Made by a program: the position numbers and the translations under genes. The notes under the pieces were generated by a model. That model did not search any database. It saw only the letters and a list, made by a program, of their open reading frames with translations, and was not told where the DNA came from. Positions 37,449-54,100 of a stretch of 64,000 bases of DNA are shown here, piece after piece (positions within the stretch are counted from its first letter, which is position 1; each line of letters starts with the position of its first letter). Origin of the DNA: the human T2T-CHM13v2.0 reference genome, Homo sapiens. The stretch is taken from assembly GCF_009914755.1 (NCBI RefSeq), contig NC_060930.1. One strand, written 5' to 3'.

Positions 37449-37645
37449 TTTTTTTTTTTTTTTGCCTCTTGAGTAGCTAGGACTAAAGGCACGTGCCACT
37501 GCACCCATCTAATTTTTGTATGCTTTGTAGAGACGGGGTTTCGCCATGTTGCCAAGGCTTGTCTCAAACTCCTGAGCTCAGGTGATCTGCCTGCCTCGGC
37601 CTCCCAAAGTGCTGGGATTATAGGCATGAGCCACTGCACCAGGCC
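37449..37645 (-). mobile_element. Alu lacking the distal right arm
   Basis: Perfect 16-bp TSD TCAACCAGCTACTTTT (37433-37448, 37646-37661). Confidence 0.92.
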
Positions 37646-39922
37646 TCAACCAGCTACTTTTAAAGAGAAAACTGTATTCTATTTTGTAGTTTGCTGTTTT
37701 CAAATAATAACGTAAGCATTTCTCAAAATCATTAAAACCATGAACAATAATGTGTTAAAATAACTTCTACTGGCATCCAGAAATGCTTATAATGTTATTT
37801 TATGTTGATATAATAATTTAATAAATCCTCCCTTTAATGTACATTAAGACTGTTTCAGTTAAAATATGTTTGTAATTATGTATAACACTATGGAGAATAT
37901 TTCTCAACATAGATCTTTGTATGTTTCTTTAGTATAAAGTCTGGAAGTGAAATGGCTGAAATCAAAGGATGTAAAGATTTTTTTAATTAATTTAAGATTT
38001 TAAACATACAAAAGTAGGAATACTAATTTAATAAATGTCTATGTATTCATCATCCCACTCTATCAATTCATGACCAATACTGTTTTATTTATACCTTTCT
38101 CCATAACCTCCTCTACATATTATTTTGAAGCAAATACTTGACATTATTTCATTTCTATAAACATTTCATTGTGTATTTCTAAAAGATAAATTTTTTTAAT
38201 GTTTCATAATATTGGAGATAAATATTTTAAAGAAAATGTTCTCCACTTTGTAGATAGACTTTTCAAAGTATTATTAGTTTTGCATGGGTAATATAATCTC
38301 ATTATTTATTTAAAAGGGTTTCTTCCACTGCCGTATAATAGCTATCATGTTTCCCTCCTCAGAAATAGCTAAGATTATCATCACATTATTGTATATTCTT
38401 GTAGAAATTTTATAACAGCAACTTTGTATTTGTGTTTTCATGTACTCCTTTTGCCTTTCTGTCTTTCTTTATCTCTTTCCTTAAAATTCACATTTTACAG
38501 CTTTTGCTTCATATCGTCAAATAACCTTCCTGAAAGTTGTGAATTTATACTACGAACAACTGTATATCTCATTGATTTGTTAGTAAAAAATGATCATATT
38601 TTTCTTATGTTCACTAACTTTTTACAGTGTACTTTGAAAATCATCTGAGTCTTCTGCTTGATGTTTTTTGGGGTCAAACTATAGTAGGATGAATTCAGGA
38701 GATCTAATGCTCTGAGAATTATCACTTTTAGTGCCTGTTATGTCAGTCCTCATTGTCCTTAACCTTTCTTGCATATTTTGAAAATGAGTATTCTAAAATA
38801 CTGTCCTTAACCACTTCACTCCTGAGACATTTCTGTTTTGATAAGCACCTAAAATTTTTTTTGTATATGTTGTGAGGCAAGAATATCAAGAGATTCCTTA
38901 CCCTATATAGCTGGCCAGTTGTCCCATTACTATGTGTTATTCACTGTTACTTTGCAGTTACCACTTAAAAATTTTTATTATATAAAGTCTCTACAATTAT
39001 ATCTGCATTATTTATCACTTCATCTGCAATTCCCAGCACAGTGCCTGAAACATAATGATGCTAAAATAAATATTCATAGAATAAATAAGTAAATGAATTA
39101 ATTTAAAACTATGCACTGGTTTTCAAGGGATAGAAACAAGTTGTGCATAGTTGAACTTTCCTAGACACACTATTATAACCTCCTTGCCTTCAAACGACTC
39201 CTTCAGGATGCAAAGCAGAAAGCAAGTATCATAGGGAATTATAGATAATTTTCAATGGGAATGCATAGCAAGGAGAAATGATATTTAGCTGGGCACACAC
39301 TCCTCGCACAATAAGAACTACAGAATTCCCATTGCTTCTTATTCCTAATATGCTGATGACTCCAAGTCAGTATCTTTAGTTTATGTCTCTCTTTCCTGAG
39401 CTTCAGACTCAAATATTCAGACCCCCTCCTAAATATGTATTTGCTTAGATATATGGAAAACTGAACTTCCCTTTTTTCAGTGCCTTTGCCTTACATTTTG
39501 GAAGTCATCCTTGGCTCATGCCTTTTCTTCACTCTTTATATAAAGCTGAACTGAAACTAATTGCACTTTAATTTCTCTTAGCTCTATTTACATCTTCCTT
39601 ATGTCTACTGCTACTATCTTCCTTCAGGCCCTTATCATTTTTTTGGGGCGGGTAAAAATTTCTTGCTTAGTTCAGGAGTTTCCATCCCTACCCTACTCAC
39701 CTATTTTCCAGAGTGACTTTCTAAAACACAGATCTAGTTCATTACTCTCTGCTTACTCTTTAATGGCTTCCTGTTACCAAAGGTTGGGCTTCAAGCTTCT
39801 TAGTATGGCATATGCAACTTTCCTCGCTCTAGTCCACCTCTACCTTTGAACTCTACCCCTTAGCCATCATAACCCATCTGCTGTTCTCCAAACATGCCTT
39901 CCTTAGCTTCACTGATTTTTAA

Positions 39923-40327
<405 letters not shown>

Positions 40328-40467
40328 ATATCAGTGTCATTATTTATTACATTGTATTGGCAGATCCTGCAGCACCATAAAAATCATCTAGTTGTCTGTC
40401 ATAGTCTGTGCTGTGTACTTCCTGTGTGCTTCCACTGCTTAGGTATGAGATATTGAATAGCTCCTAA

Positions 40468-40993
<526 letters not shown>

Positions 40994-41022
40994 CTGTGTC
41001 CAAATTTTCACCTACATACCTT

Positions 41023-41790
<768 letters not shown>

Positions 41791-43013
41791 AGACCTATAC
41801 ACAGTCTTATTATCATTTCCTCCTTAACAATGCTAAATACAGAATTCACACTTTATTTAACCGAGGTTGAGGAATAACAGGCTATGGTAAATGAAATGCT
41901 GTATCATTACATATGTTTCAATGGAGTTTTACTATGGCTTAAGTTCAACATCTTGTTTGTTTCATTTGCAGTGGTTCTCAAACGTCGAGGTGCAATAAAA
42001 CTCTCTGGGAAAGCTGGTGATTCTTGATCATTCTGATGCCAGTATTCCACAGGGCACAACTTGAGAAATGCTGTTCTCTAGGTGGAAAAGACAGCTTACA
42101 ATGTTTAATTCCCTAAATAATCTGGGAAGGTGGTGGTGGGGGGGTGTCCAGTGGTTGGAGGAGAGTGAAGATTAGAATAGTAGAGTTCCTTCCATTATGT
42201 TCCCTGAAAAGGGCAAGAGGGAGAGGATAACCCAGTATAGATAGAGATCTGTGTTCCCTTTACTTAATCTCCAAAAATCTTCTGTTTCTATGTAAATGAG
42301 AAATGCTGGGGAAGGAAGAAATCTATATGTAACTGAAGTGGACAAAAGTTACCTATTGAGAATGTTTGTCTAAGCACAAGGCTAACATTGATTTTAGTCA
42401 CTGTTTCCTGGCAGGTGGCAGTGCCAAGCCACCTGCCTCCAGCCTCTTGCTGTTTTTAGCAATGGGATTTATTGAAACTGTTCTCATCCTAAGTCCATAG
42501 CCTGGGAGAACCCCTGAGGCATGAGTGGGAGCTGCTCTGTCACTGCTGTCACTTTCCACTGAGAAGTACCTTGATCTGCCTACATTCTCAAAGACATGAC
42601 TGTGCTCCTGTTACTTCTGTTGTCACCTTTTCTTCCTTGCTGCTTGTCCTTAGACAAGGCTGGGCAAAGCTGCTTTTGGGTGGCAATAATCAGTCAGGGC
42701 TAGTGATTCTTCACCTTGGGGAGCTCCTGCTCTTGGGTCGGAATAGGAGCCATGTTCAGATCTTCTCCAAGCTCACAGTGTACCTGCTAAGTAAACCTGG
42801 GTTGCGATTTATAAAGCTGCATTTCTCTCTGCCACCTGGCTAGTGAAGAAAAGTGGTGGTTTGCCCCTCATTTGGTATTATGTATTTTCATTTATTAATA
42901 CAGATAAACCAAGAATTTGATTGTGTTATTATAATATAGGAATAAATAAATGAAATTTGTATATTTTATACTGCAGGCTTAAATGCTCAGAACTGAATTG
43001 TATCGTTTTACAG

Positions 43014-43139
43014 CTCGAATATGGATGTGCAATAAATTTCGTTGTGGAGAGACCAGATTAGAGGCCAGCCTTTGCTCTTGTTCAGATGACTGTTTGCAGA
43101 GGAAAGATTGCTGTGCTGACTATAAGAGTGTTTGCCAAG
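43014..43139 (+). CDS. ENPP3: ENPP3 coding exon 4, somatomedin-B domain 2
   Basis: 126 nt; [10 protein letters not shown]...[10 protein letters not shown]; CAG acceptor, GTGAGC donor. Confidence 0.98.
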
Positions 43140-43214
43140 GTGAGCAGGAGGATGTTGACTCATTTGCCCCTGCGAGTTTAGAGGAACTCCATGAGTTTCC
43201 TAGAGCCATGCTAG

Positions 43215-43364
<150 letters not shown>

Positions 43365-43603
43365 TGAGCATGACTGATACAGGGATTTTTATCCTCCTTT
43401 AACAAAGGTGCACATAAGAATGTAGTTAGTTGAGACGCAGAGAGGAATTTCCCCCAATTCATGTACATTTCAAAACAGAATAGTCCACAAAGGATTAGAT
43501 TTCTTGTGGCTTCCAAGTTCTAATGGACTTTTGTTTGCTTTATTTTTTCACAAAGCCCTTTTATATTAATTTATTATATTCATGTCTTACAACGACGACT
43601 TTA

Positions 43604-45213
<1,610 letters not shown>

Positions 45214-46957
45214 CCAGTGGAGGCATTTTTAAATAGTGTTATTTCATTTTAAAAATGAGTATAAATAATGTGCCTGTTTTTTTCCCATGCTGCTTTGGTT
45301 TGTAGCTCAGATTCAGCTGCTCTCTTTGCACCTTGTGGGTGGAAGAGTAAAGGATTAGAATAAAATGAGAGGAGTTTGAGTCCTGATTTTGCCTGTAGGT
45401 CTTTTGCGCTAGTCACTTCTCTGAGCTTCCTCTATGAAACTGAAATAATAACAATGCCAGGGTCAGACGATTTCATGTGAGAATTAAATGACCTAAAGCG
45501 AGGGAATATGCTTGGTGAGCTATCAAACAGTAGGTTAATTTTAGTTCTAGTGTATGGTACATAGTAGGTACTCAAGAAATCGTTAATATTTTTCTAGTGA
45601 AATTTTTCTATAGTCACTTGCTTTATTAGATGAACCTGGTACTTGAATCTATTAAGGTGTGCCCATGGCCTCTTCTCATGGTTCAAATTACACAGTCAAT
45701 TCATCTCTGAAAAGCATACTAATACCAGCTAACATTCATATAGTTCTTATTATTTACCAATTTGTACTTTACACAATAGTCATCTTACATGTTAGTCCTT
45801 ATAAAAACCCTTTGGCTCTATTATCTCCATCCTCATTTTACAAAGAATGAAATGGAGGCAAAAGCTGTGAAATCACTTGCCCAGTGCTGCATTCCTAGTG
45901 GTTGCTGGAAGCAGGAAGCAAACCCAGGCAGTAAGGACCCAGAGTCTCTGTGGCATAACACTCCCTCAAGTCATAGGCTGAGCCCGTGATGCTGTGCAAT
46001 TCATCAGAAGAACGGGTAAGGGGCTGAATAAGGGGAAGAATTGTTTGAGGCACCAAGACTCCCTCACCTGTTGATAACCGGGAGGAGAGAGACATTAGGT
46101 GAGAAGGAAGGTTTCCAGTAAAGTCTTTGTAAAGAGTCTCAACAAACCTAGATGACTAAGCCCAAATGATTAGTTAGAATGGCCTTCTCCAAACTGGCAA
46201 ATCACTGTCCACCTGAGGATTTGAGAGCTGGAGCAGCATCCCAGAGAAATTACAGGACTGATTTGTCAATCTTGATGCAAGGCAAGACTAGAAAGGAACC
46301 TGGTGAGGAAAGGGGTGGTGGTGGTGGTCAGAAGGACACTGACCATTTCTTACAATCCCCTCATTCTCTTTATTCCATTGAAGTCATTCCTGCCTATACC
46401 TTCCATCCCTGCATGGAAAATGGACAATGATGATTCTGCTCACTATGAATAATAAGTGCTGCTAAAAATTTTAGTGGCTGAAGACATTACATAAAATCCT
46501 CTTGCCAGACATTTATGCTAGTGTTCTCTTTGCCTGTTTGCCTTACTATTTTGCTAGTGATCATAGTATAGTAAGGAGCTTAGACTCTTAAACCAGACAG
46601 ATGTGAGCCAATAGCCTAGCTCTGCCCCTACTGGCGGGGGACACCTTGGGTAAACTACCTGATCCTGGTGAAATAATAGATCTGAGATGACAGTTCTTGG
46701 CATGTAGTGAGCTCTTACTCAAGCTTCATCACAGGCAGTAAAAATAATATGGATGCAATGTTCAAGTTTTTTAGCAATCGGAGAAATAAAAATGAAAAAA
46801 GATACAACTTTTACTCCATGAAATAGTCAATACATCATGATTTGTGTATATAAAGTCCTAGCTACCTGTCTTGTTTATGAAAGTACTGTATAAGTTAATA
46901 TCTACTGTTGGGAAAGAATTGTGGCAATATTTTGGTCTCCTTTGAAAGTTTGTCGTA

Positions 46958-47291
<334 letters not shown>

Positions 47292-48352
47292 TTATCTTTA
47301 GGAAATAATTAAGGGTGTTTTAGCTACAAGAATGTTCATGTCAGCAGAATGTAAAATGCACTCTCTAGTTAGCTTGGACAGGCAAGCTGGCCATTAAAAA
47401 AGGGGTGCATTGGATGTTTGGATTCCACTCTTGATCCCAGAGACAAGTGACCCTGTCTTTAATCTCTTCCAAGTTATTTTAATGGCATATTTATGAATAT
47501 AAAGTTTTTAATCAGAGTTATGTTAATGACTTTATGAAAAAAAGAAGTATTTTCTCATGCGAATTGCAGTAGGCCACTTTAATTTCTTCATGAATTTTCT
47601 GTACACTGCAGTTCAAACGGTCCCAGTTTTCCATTTTTATTTTTAAATTGAGGTATCCTATAGTTCATACTATAGGATGAACTATGGTATGAAATGGTCC
47701 TATCTTAAGTGTATAGTATGATGCAATTTGGAAATTCACTAAGCTATGTAACTTACCAATATAGAATATTTCCACCATCCCAGAAAGATAGCTCATGTCC
47801 CTTCCCATTGCTTACTTCCCAAAGACAATCACTGTTCTGATTTCTATCATCATACATTCCTGTTTTAGAATTTTATGTAAATGGAGTTAAACCACAGGCT
47901 GTCTTAGGTCGGAAACCTAATAACTTTCCAAATTGGAAAGTACTCAAGTGCCTATGGACAGTAGAATAAGTTCTGGTTTATTCATTCACTGGAATATTAG
48001 ATAGCTATGGGAATGAATGATCCATAATTACTTGCAACAATATGGAGGAATCTCAAACATAATGTCGAGTAAAAGAATTGAGACTCAACAAAATGCACAC
48101 TGTATGATTTTATTTGCATATAAATGTAAGTACAAAAATAGACAAAGCTAATCTATGCTGTTGGAAATCAAGATACTGATCATCCTTGGTGGGGTGTGGT
48201 TTGGAGAATTTAGTGACCACAGGAAGCACAAGCATCCTGATAATATTCTGTTTCTTCATCTGGGTGATGACTACACAGGGAGTTCAGTTAGTGAAAATTT
48301 ATCAAACTATGCTTCTGTGAAATGTGTGTGTGTATAACAGAAGTAAAATTTT

Positions 48353-48641
48353 AGGCCAGGCGTGGTGACTCACACCTGTAATCCCAGCACTTTGGAGGCC
48401 AAGGCGGGCGGATCACTTGAGGTCAGGAGTGGGAGACCAGCCTGGCCAACGTGGTAAAACCCTGTCTCTACTAAAATTTATCCGGTTGTGGTGGTGTACG
48501 ACTGTAATCCCAGCTACTCTGAGGCTGAGGCATGAGAATCACTTGAACCCAGGAGGTGGAGGTGGCAGTGAGCTGAGATTGCTCCACTGCAGTCCAGCTT
48601 GGGTGACAGAGTAAAACTGTGTCTCAAAAAAAAAAAAAAAG
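48353..48641 (+). mobile_element. Alu (AluS-like)
   Basis: Sense dimer with poly-A. Confidence 0.93.
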
Positions 48642-48794
48642 AAATTAAAAAAATAAAAAATGACAGTGTCTGGCTATGGCCCAAAAGTTACCCAATTATT
48701 TTACCTTAAACACAGGTCTAAAAAAGGATTGCAATGCTTTTGAGGTAAATGTAGCTATCCAAAACAATGGACAAATTTTGTTTTCCATTTTCAG

Positions 48795-48892
48795 GTTTGA
48801 CCTGCCACCAGTTATCTTGTTTTCTATGGATGGATTTAGAGCTGAATATTTATACACATGGGATACTTTAATGCCAAATATCAATAAACTGA
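48795..48892 (+). CDS. ENPP3: ENPP3 coding exon 6, start of phosphodiesterase domain (SMDGFR, metal ligand Asp167)
   Basis: 98 nt; CAG acceptor, GTAAGT donor; NPP-family SxDGFR motif. Confidence 0.98.
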
Positions 48893-49637
48893 GTAAGTCT
48901 TCTGTAACTAGTGGCATGCAAATGATAAAGACACCTAGTTAGTCAATCTCTAGAGGATGCAACTTTCTTTCTGACTTTTAACGCTGGTGGTTTGTCTTAG
49001 CCTAGATCCTCTCTGACTTTACCACATGGTTTCTACTTTCATTCGGAAGTATATTTTCACGCTTGCTGGCTTCTCCTACCTTTATTTTGGTGGGATGTTC
49101 AGCCTTTTGTTTGTTTATTTTGATTTGCTTTATATTTGAATGTAACTTCTGTCCTATGGAAATCTATTCATGTGTACTGCCTTGAAAGTGATGTTTGTCA
49201 GACCCAGGTTCTGGGCCTTAGCAAGGAGAATATAGCGAGAACCGGATCCTGAAGGAGCCTGGTGGGCTTAGACAGATCCAGCACCTCCCACCACTTCAGC
49301 CGATATCAAGTCCAGGATCTATTTCCAGTTCTGGAATCAAACTGCCTACAACCTGACTCTACTACTTGCTAGCTGTGAGGTCTCAGACAACTTTCCTTCA
49401 CCTTTTAGTGACCCAGTCTCTTCATCTGTGAAATGGTGACTTCCCACCTGATAGTATTACTGTGAGAATGTACAGGTAGCATTCAAAAAATAGCTGTTTG
49501 ATATGTGGCATACAATGGGTGGTTTTAAGTTATTGTTATAATTCTTTTATTATCAACTTTATTATAATGTTGTACTTCTGTGTTAGGACACTTGGCCTTC
49601 ACACAATTTAATAAAGGTAGTAATAAAGAGAAGTTGA

Positions 49638-49760
49638 GGCTGGATGTGGTAGCTTATGCCTGTAATCCTAGCACTTTGGGAGGTGGAGGCTAGAGCATCC
49701 CTTGAGCTCAGGAGTTTGAGACCAGCCTGGGCAACATAGTGAGACCTCATCTCTATTTAA
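49638..49760 (+). mobile_element. FLAM / Alu monomer
   Basis: Single arm; TSD agaagttga. Confidence 0.85.
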
Positions 49761-51189
49761 TAATAATTTTTTTTTAAAAGAAGTTGAGTACCCAAGGATA
49801 CAATGCTAAGAAGTGGCATAGTTAGTTAGAATCAGAGAGCTAACTCCAAGGCGCACACTCTTCACTGCCCTGCAATTCCTCTCTTTCTTCTCCCTCCTCC
49901 GAGGCTGTTTTATATCCCTAAAGTTCTCAAATTTTATGTCATTTTTACTGGTTTATTGTTTTTCTTTTTCTTCAAGTTATTAAAAATAGCTATTTGACTC
50001 TGGGTAAGTTGACTGACTTTTCTGGGCCTCAGTTTCCTCATTTGTAAAATGAAATGACTAGATCTGATGATTTCTACTGTTAATTCCAGCCCCAAATGCC
50101 ATGGTTGTAGGAAGATAGATCACTACTTCCTGCAACTCAAGGTGCATTGTTTCTTCAGCTTCTCCCTCATTCCCTGAGGCAGATCTTTAGCAAAGAGACT
50201 GTTTTCCAAATCCAGGACCTGTCATTTTTCTGCTGAGTTATTTTGTCCTAGAAAGTTAACTAACACTTCTCAGTTTCTATCTTCTTATCTAAATTTGTCT
50301 TGATAAACTGGATATCAAATCTGGTGTCAAAAGGGAATTTGACTAGCCAGGGTGAACTGAACCTTTTCTAAAGTGAAATTCCTCGATTTGCTCATTCCAT
50401 TGAGAATTAGAAATGACATCAATGAAATATTCAGCCACTAAGAGCTTTCTGCTTTTGATGTTTAAAATATTTTAAAACATTTAAAATATTTTTTAGTCAT
50501 ATAGACAACATCTCAATCCCCAAATGTGTGAAGCTATGATCAGCTAGGCCTACCTAGGCAAAATAGGGCTGTTAGTTTCTCAGAGGCCTGATTAAGAATA
50601 GATGTGGTAGGTAGGGGTACATATTCTCAGGACCACCTGAGGCTGTTTTGAGGGAAAATTGAAAAAGGAGAGATGTGGTTAAATAGGATTAGGATTATGT
50701 TAGTCTTGAGGTGAGGTATGTGACAGCAGGCCTTGCTATTAAGGGAGCCCAGGGCCCCATCTCTAGGGTTTCATCAAACTGCCTGAGTTGGGCCACCATG
50801 GTCATGTAAACTGAGCCTAAACAATATCACAGAGCAGTGAGTCATATTAGTGACTGTTAAGTGGACGAGGAAGTGGCTCTCTGAATCACACTCTAATGAG
50901 GCAAGAACATTGTCTTGTCTTAGTGCAGGTGGCAGCAGACAAAGAAGGGCCAGGGCCAAGATCAGGAAACTGTCAAGTGGGATAGAGGTGATTTGGCCTA
51001 TTTAGAAGACAGCCTTCCTGAAAAGTTAGATGGGAATCTGTGGATCAAATAAGACTAGAAGTAGCAGGTAGACAGCAGAGATCCAGCAGGGGACATATGC
51101 AGAGTTTTAGAGATTAGAGTTTGCAAGGTTGGCATTCATGAACAGCAGAGCTCTTATACTGGCCATAGCAGATGTCATTTGCTGTCTGC

Positions 51190-54100
51190 TTTTTAAATTT
51201 TGTTAAGAATGCATAACATGAGATCTATCCTCTTAACAGATTTTTCAGTGTACAATGCAGTATTATTATCTATAGGCATAATGTTGTACAGCAGATCCCT
51301 AGAATTTACTTATTTTATAAAACTGAAACTTCATATCCATTGATTAACGATTCCACATTTCCCCCTTACCCAGCCCCTGGAATCCACCATCCTATTCTTT
51401 GCTTCTATGATTTTAACTATTTTAGATAACCTCATATAAGTGGAATCATACAGTATTAGCGTGTCTGTGACTAGCTTATTTCACTTAGTATGTCTTCAAG
51501 TTTCATCCATGTTATCACATGTTGCAAGATTTTCCTCTTTTATTAAGGCCAAATAATATTCCATTGTATGTATATGCCACCTTAAAAATCTATTTATCTT
51601 TTAAAGAGAAATAGATTGTTACCACATCTTGGCTCTTATGAGTAGTGCTTCAGTGAACATGGGAGTGCTAATATCTCTTTGAGATCCTGATTTCAACCCT
51701 TTTGGATACTCAAAAGTGGAATTGCTGGATCATATACTTTTATTTTTACGTTTTTGAGAAACCTCCATGCCATTTTCCATAGCAGCTATGCCGTTTTGCC
51801 TTTCTACCAACAGTGTACAAGAGTTCCAATTTCTGCATATCTTCATCAACACCTGTTTTTGGGGTTTTTTTGATACTAGATATCCTAACAGATGTGACGT
51901 GCTATCTCATTTTTAAATTTTTATTTTTAATTATTGTTATTATGTTAGAGATGAGGTCTTGCTATGTTGCCCAGGCTGGCCTCAAACTCCTGGGCTCAAG
52001 TGATCCTCCCATCTCAGCCTCCCAAAGTGCTGATTACAGGTGTGAGCCACTGTGCCCAGCCTCATTTTGGTTTGATATGCATTTTTCTGATGATTAGTGA
52101 CATTGAGCATCTTTCATACACCTATTGGATATTTGTATGTCTTTAGAGATGCACAATATCTTTCTTCTTTGAAGAAATATCTATTTAGGTCATTAGCTCA
52201 TTTTTTAATGAGACTATTGTATTTTTTGCTATCAAGTTGTAGAAGTTCCTTATATATTTTCGAAATTAACTTCCTATCAGATACATGGTTTGAAAGTGTT
52301 TTCCCCCATTTCATATGTTGCCTTTTCATTTTATTGATTGTTTCCTTTTCTGTGCAGAAACTTTTTGGTTTGATATAGTCCTACATGTCCATTTTTGCTT
52401 TTATTGCCTGGGCTTTTGGCATCATGTTCATGAAATCATTGCCAAGACCAATGTCATGCAGATTTTCCCGTATGTTTCCTTCTAGAAGATTTATAGTTTC
52501 AGGTCTTACTTTGAAATCTTTAATATACTTTGAGTTGATTTTTGTGTATGGTATAAGATCAGAGTTCAAGTTCATTTTTCTGCATATGGATATCCACTTT
52601 CTGACATCATTTGTTGGAGCAACTATTATTTCCCCATTGTGTATTCTTCTTGGCACCCTTTTTGAAGATCGGTTGACCATATAGGCTTGGATTTATTGAT
52701 TTATTTCTGAGATCTCTATTCTTTTTTTTTTTCTGAGATAGGGTCTCACTCTGTCACCCAGGCTAGAGTGTGATGGTGTGATCTCAGCTCACTGCCACCT
52801 CTGCCTCCCAGGCTTAAGCAATCCCCTCAGCCTCCTAAGTAGTTGAGACTACAGGCACTGCATGCCACCATGACTGGCTAATTTTTGTATTTTTGTACAG
52901 ATGGCATTTTGCCATGTTGTCCAGGCTGGTCTTGAACTACTGAGCTCAAGCTTGCCTTGGCCTCTCAAAGTGCTGGGATTACAGGTGTGAGCCACTGTGC
53001 CCAGCCTGGGCTCCCTATTCTTTTTCATTGGTCTATACATCTGTTTTTATGCCAGTAACATGCTGTTTTAATTACTGAAGATTTTTAATATATTTTGAAA
53101 TCAGGAGCTTTGATGTCTTCAGCTTTGTTCTTTTTCAAGATTGTCGTGGTTATCTGGGGTGTTATGAATTTAATTTTTTTTCTATTTCTGTAATAAATGT
53201 CATTGGGGTTTTGATAAAGATTACATTGAATCTATAGATTGTTTTGGGTAATAGGAACATTTTAACAATATTAAGTCTTCCAGTCCATGAACATGAGGTG
53301 TCTTTCCATTTGTTTATACGTCTTCCTTAACTTCTTTTCCCAATATTTTATAGTTTTCATATACAAGTCTTTCACTTTCTTAGTTAAATTTATTTCTAAG
53401 AATTTCATTATTTTCAATGTTTAGAAATGAGATTGAATAGTTAATTATTAGTACATAGAAATGCAACTGATTTTTGTATGTTGATTTTGTATCCTGCAAT
53501 TTTACTGCATTTATTAGTTCTAAATAAATTTATTTAGAGCTTTCAGTATATTTAGAGCTTCAGTAGATAGTATCATGTCTTCTGAAAATAGGGACAGGTT
53601 TACTTCTTTCTTTCCTATGTGGTTGCCTTTTTTTTTTTTCTTGCCTAATTGCTCAGGCTAGAAGAGTGGACAGTCTTGCTTTGTTACTGATCTTAGGTGG
53701 AAAAATTTTCACCATTGAATAGGATGTTAGCTGTAGACTTTTCATATAATCTTTATTATGTTGAAGTATTTTTTTTCTATAGCTATGTGCCACATAACAA
53801 CATTTCAATCAACAACAGACTGCATATATAATGGCGGTCCCATACATTATAATGGAGTTGAGAAATTCCCATCACCAGCTGGGCATGGTTGCTTATATCT
53901 GCAATCCTAGCACTTCAGAAGGCCAAGGAAGGAGGATTGCTTGAGCCAAGGAATTCAAGATCAGCCTGAGCAACAAAGTGAAACCCTGTCTCTACCAAAA
54001 AAAAAAAAAAAAAAAAGTAGCTAAGCACAATGGGGTGTGCCAGTAGTCCCAGCTACTCAAGAGACTGAGGCAGAAGGATCCCTTGAGCCTAGGAGTTCAA

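Noticed and set aside
46618-46640. CTCF-like CCAGTAGGGGCAG on the minus strand
   Set aside because: One G short of the core spacing and lies in MIR-like sequence
52381-52680. ORF resembling the L1 ORF2 C-terminal region
   Set aside because: Decayed fragment of the ancient L1; no intact reverse transcriptase frame
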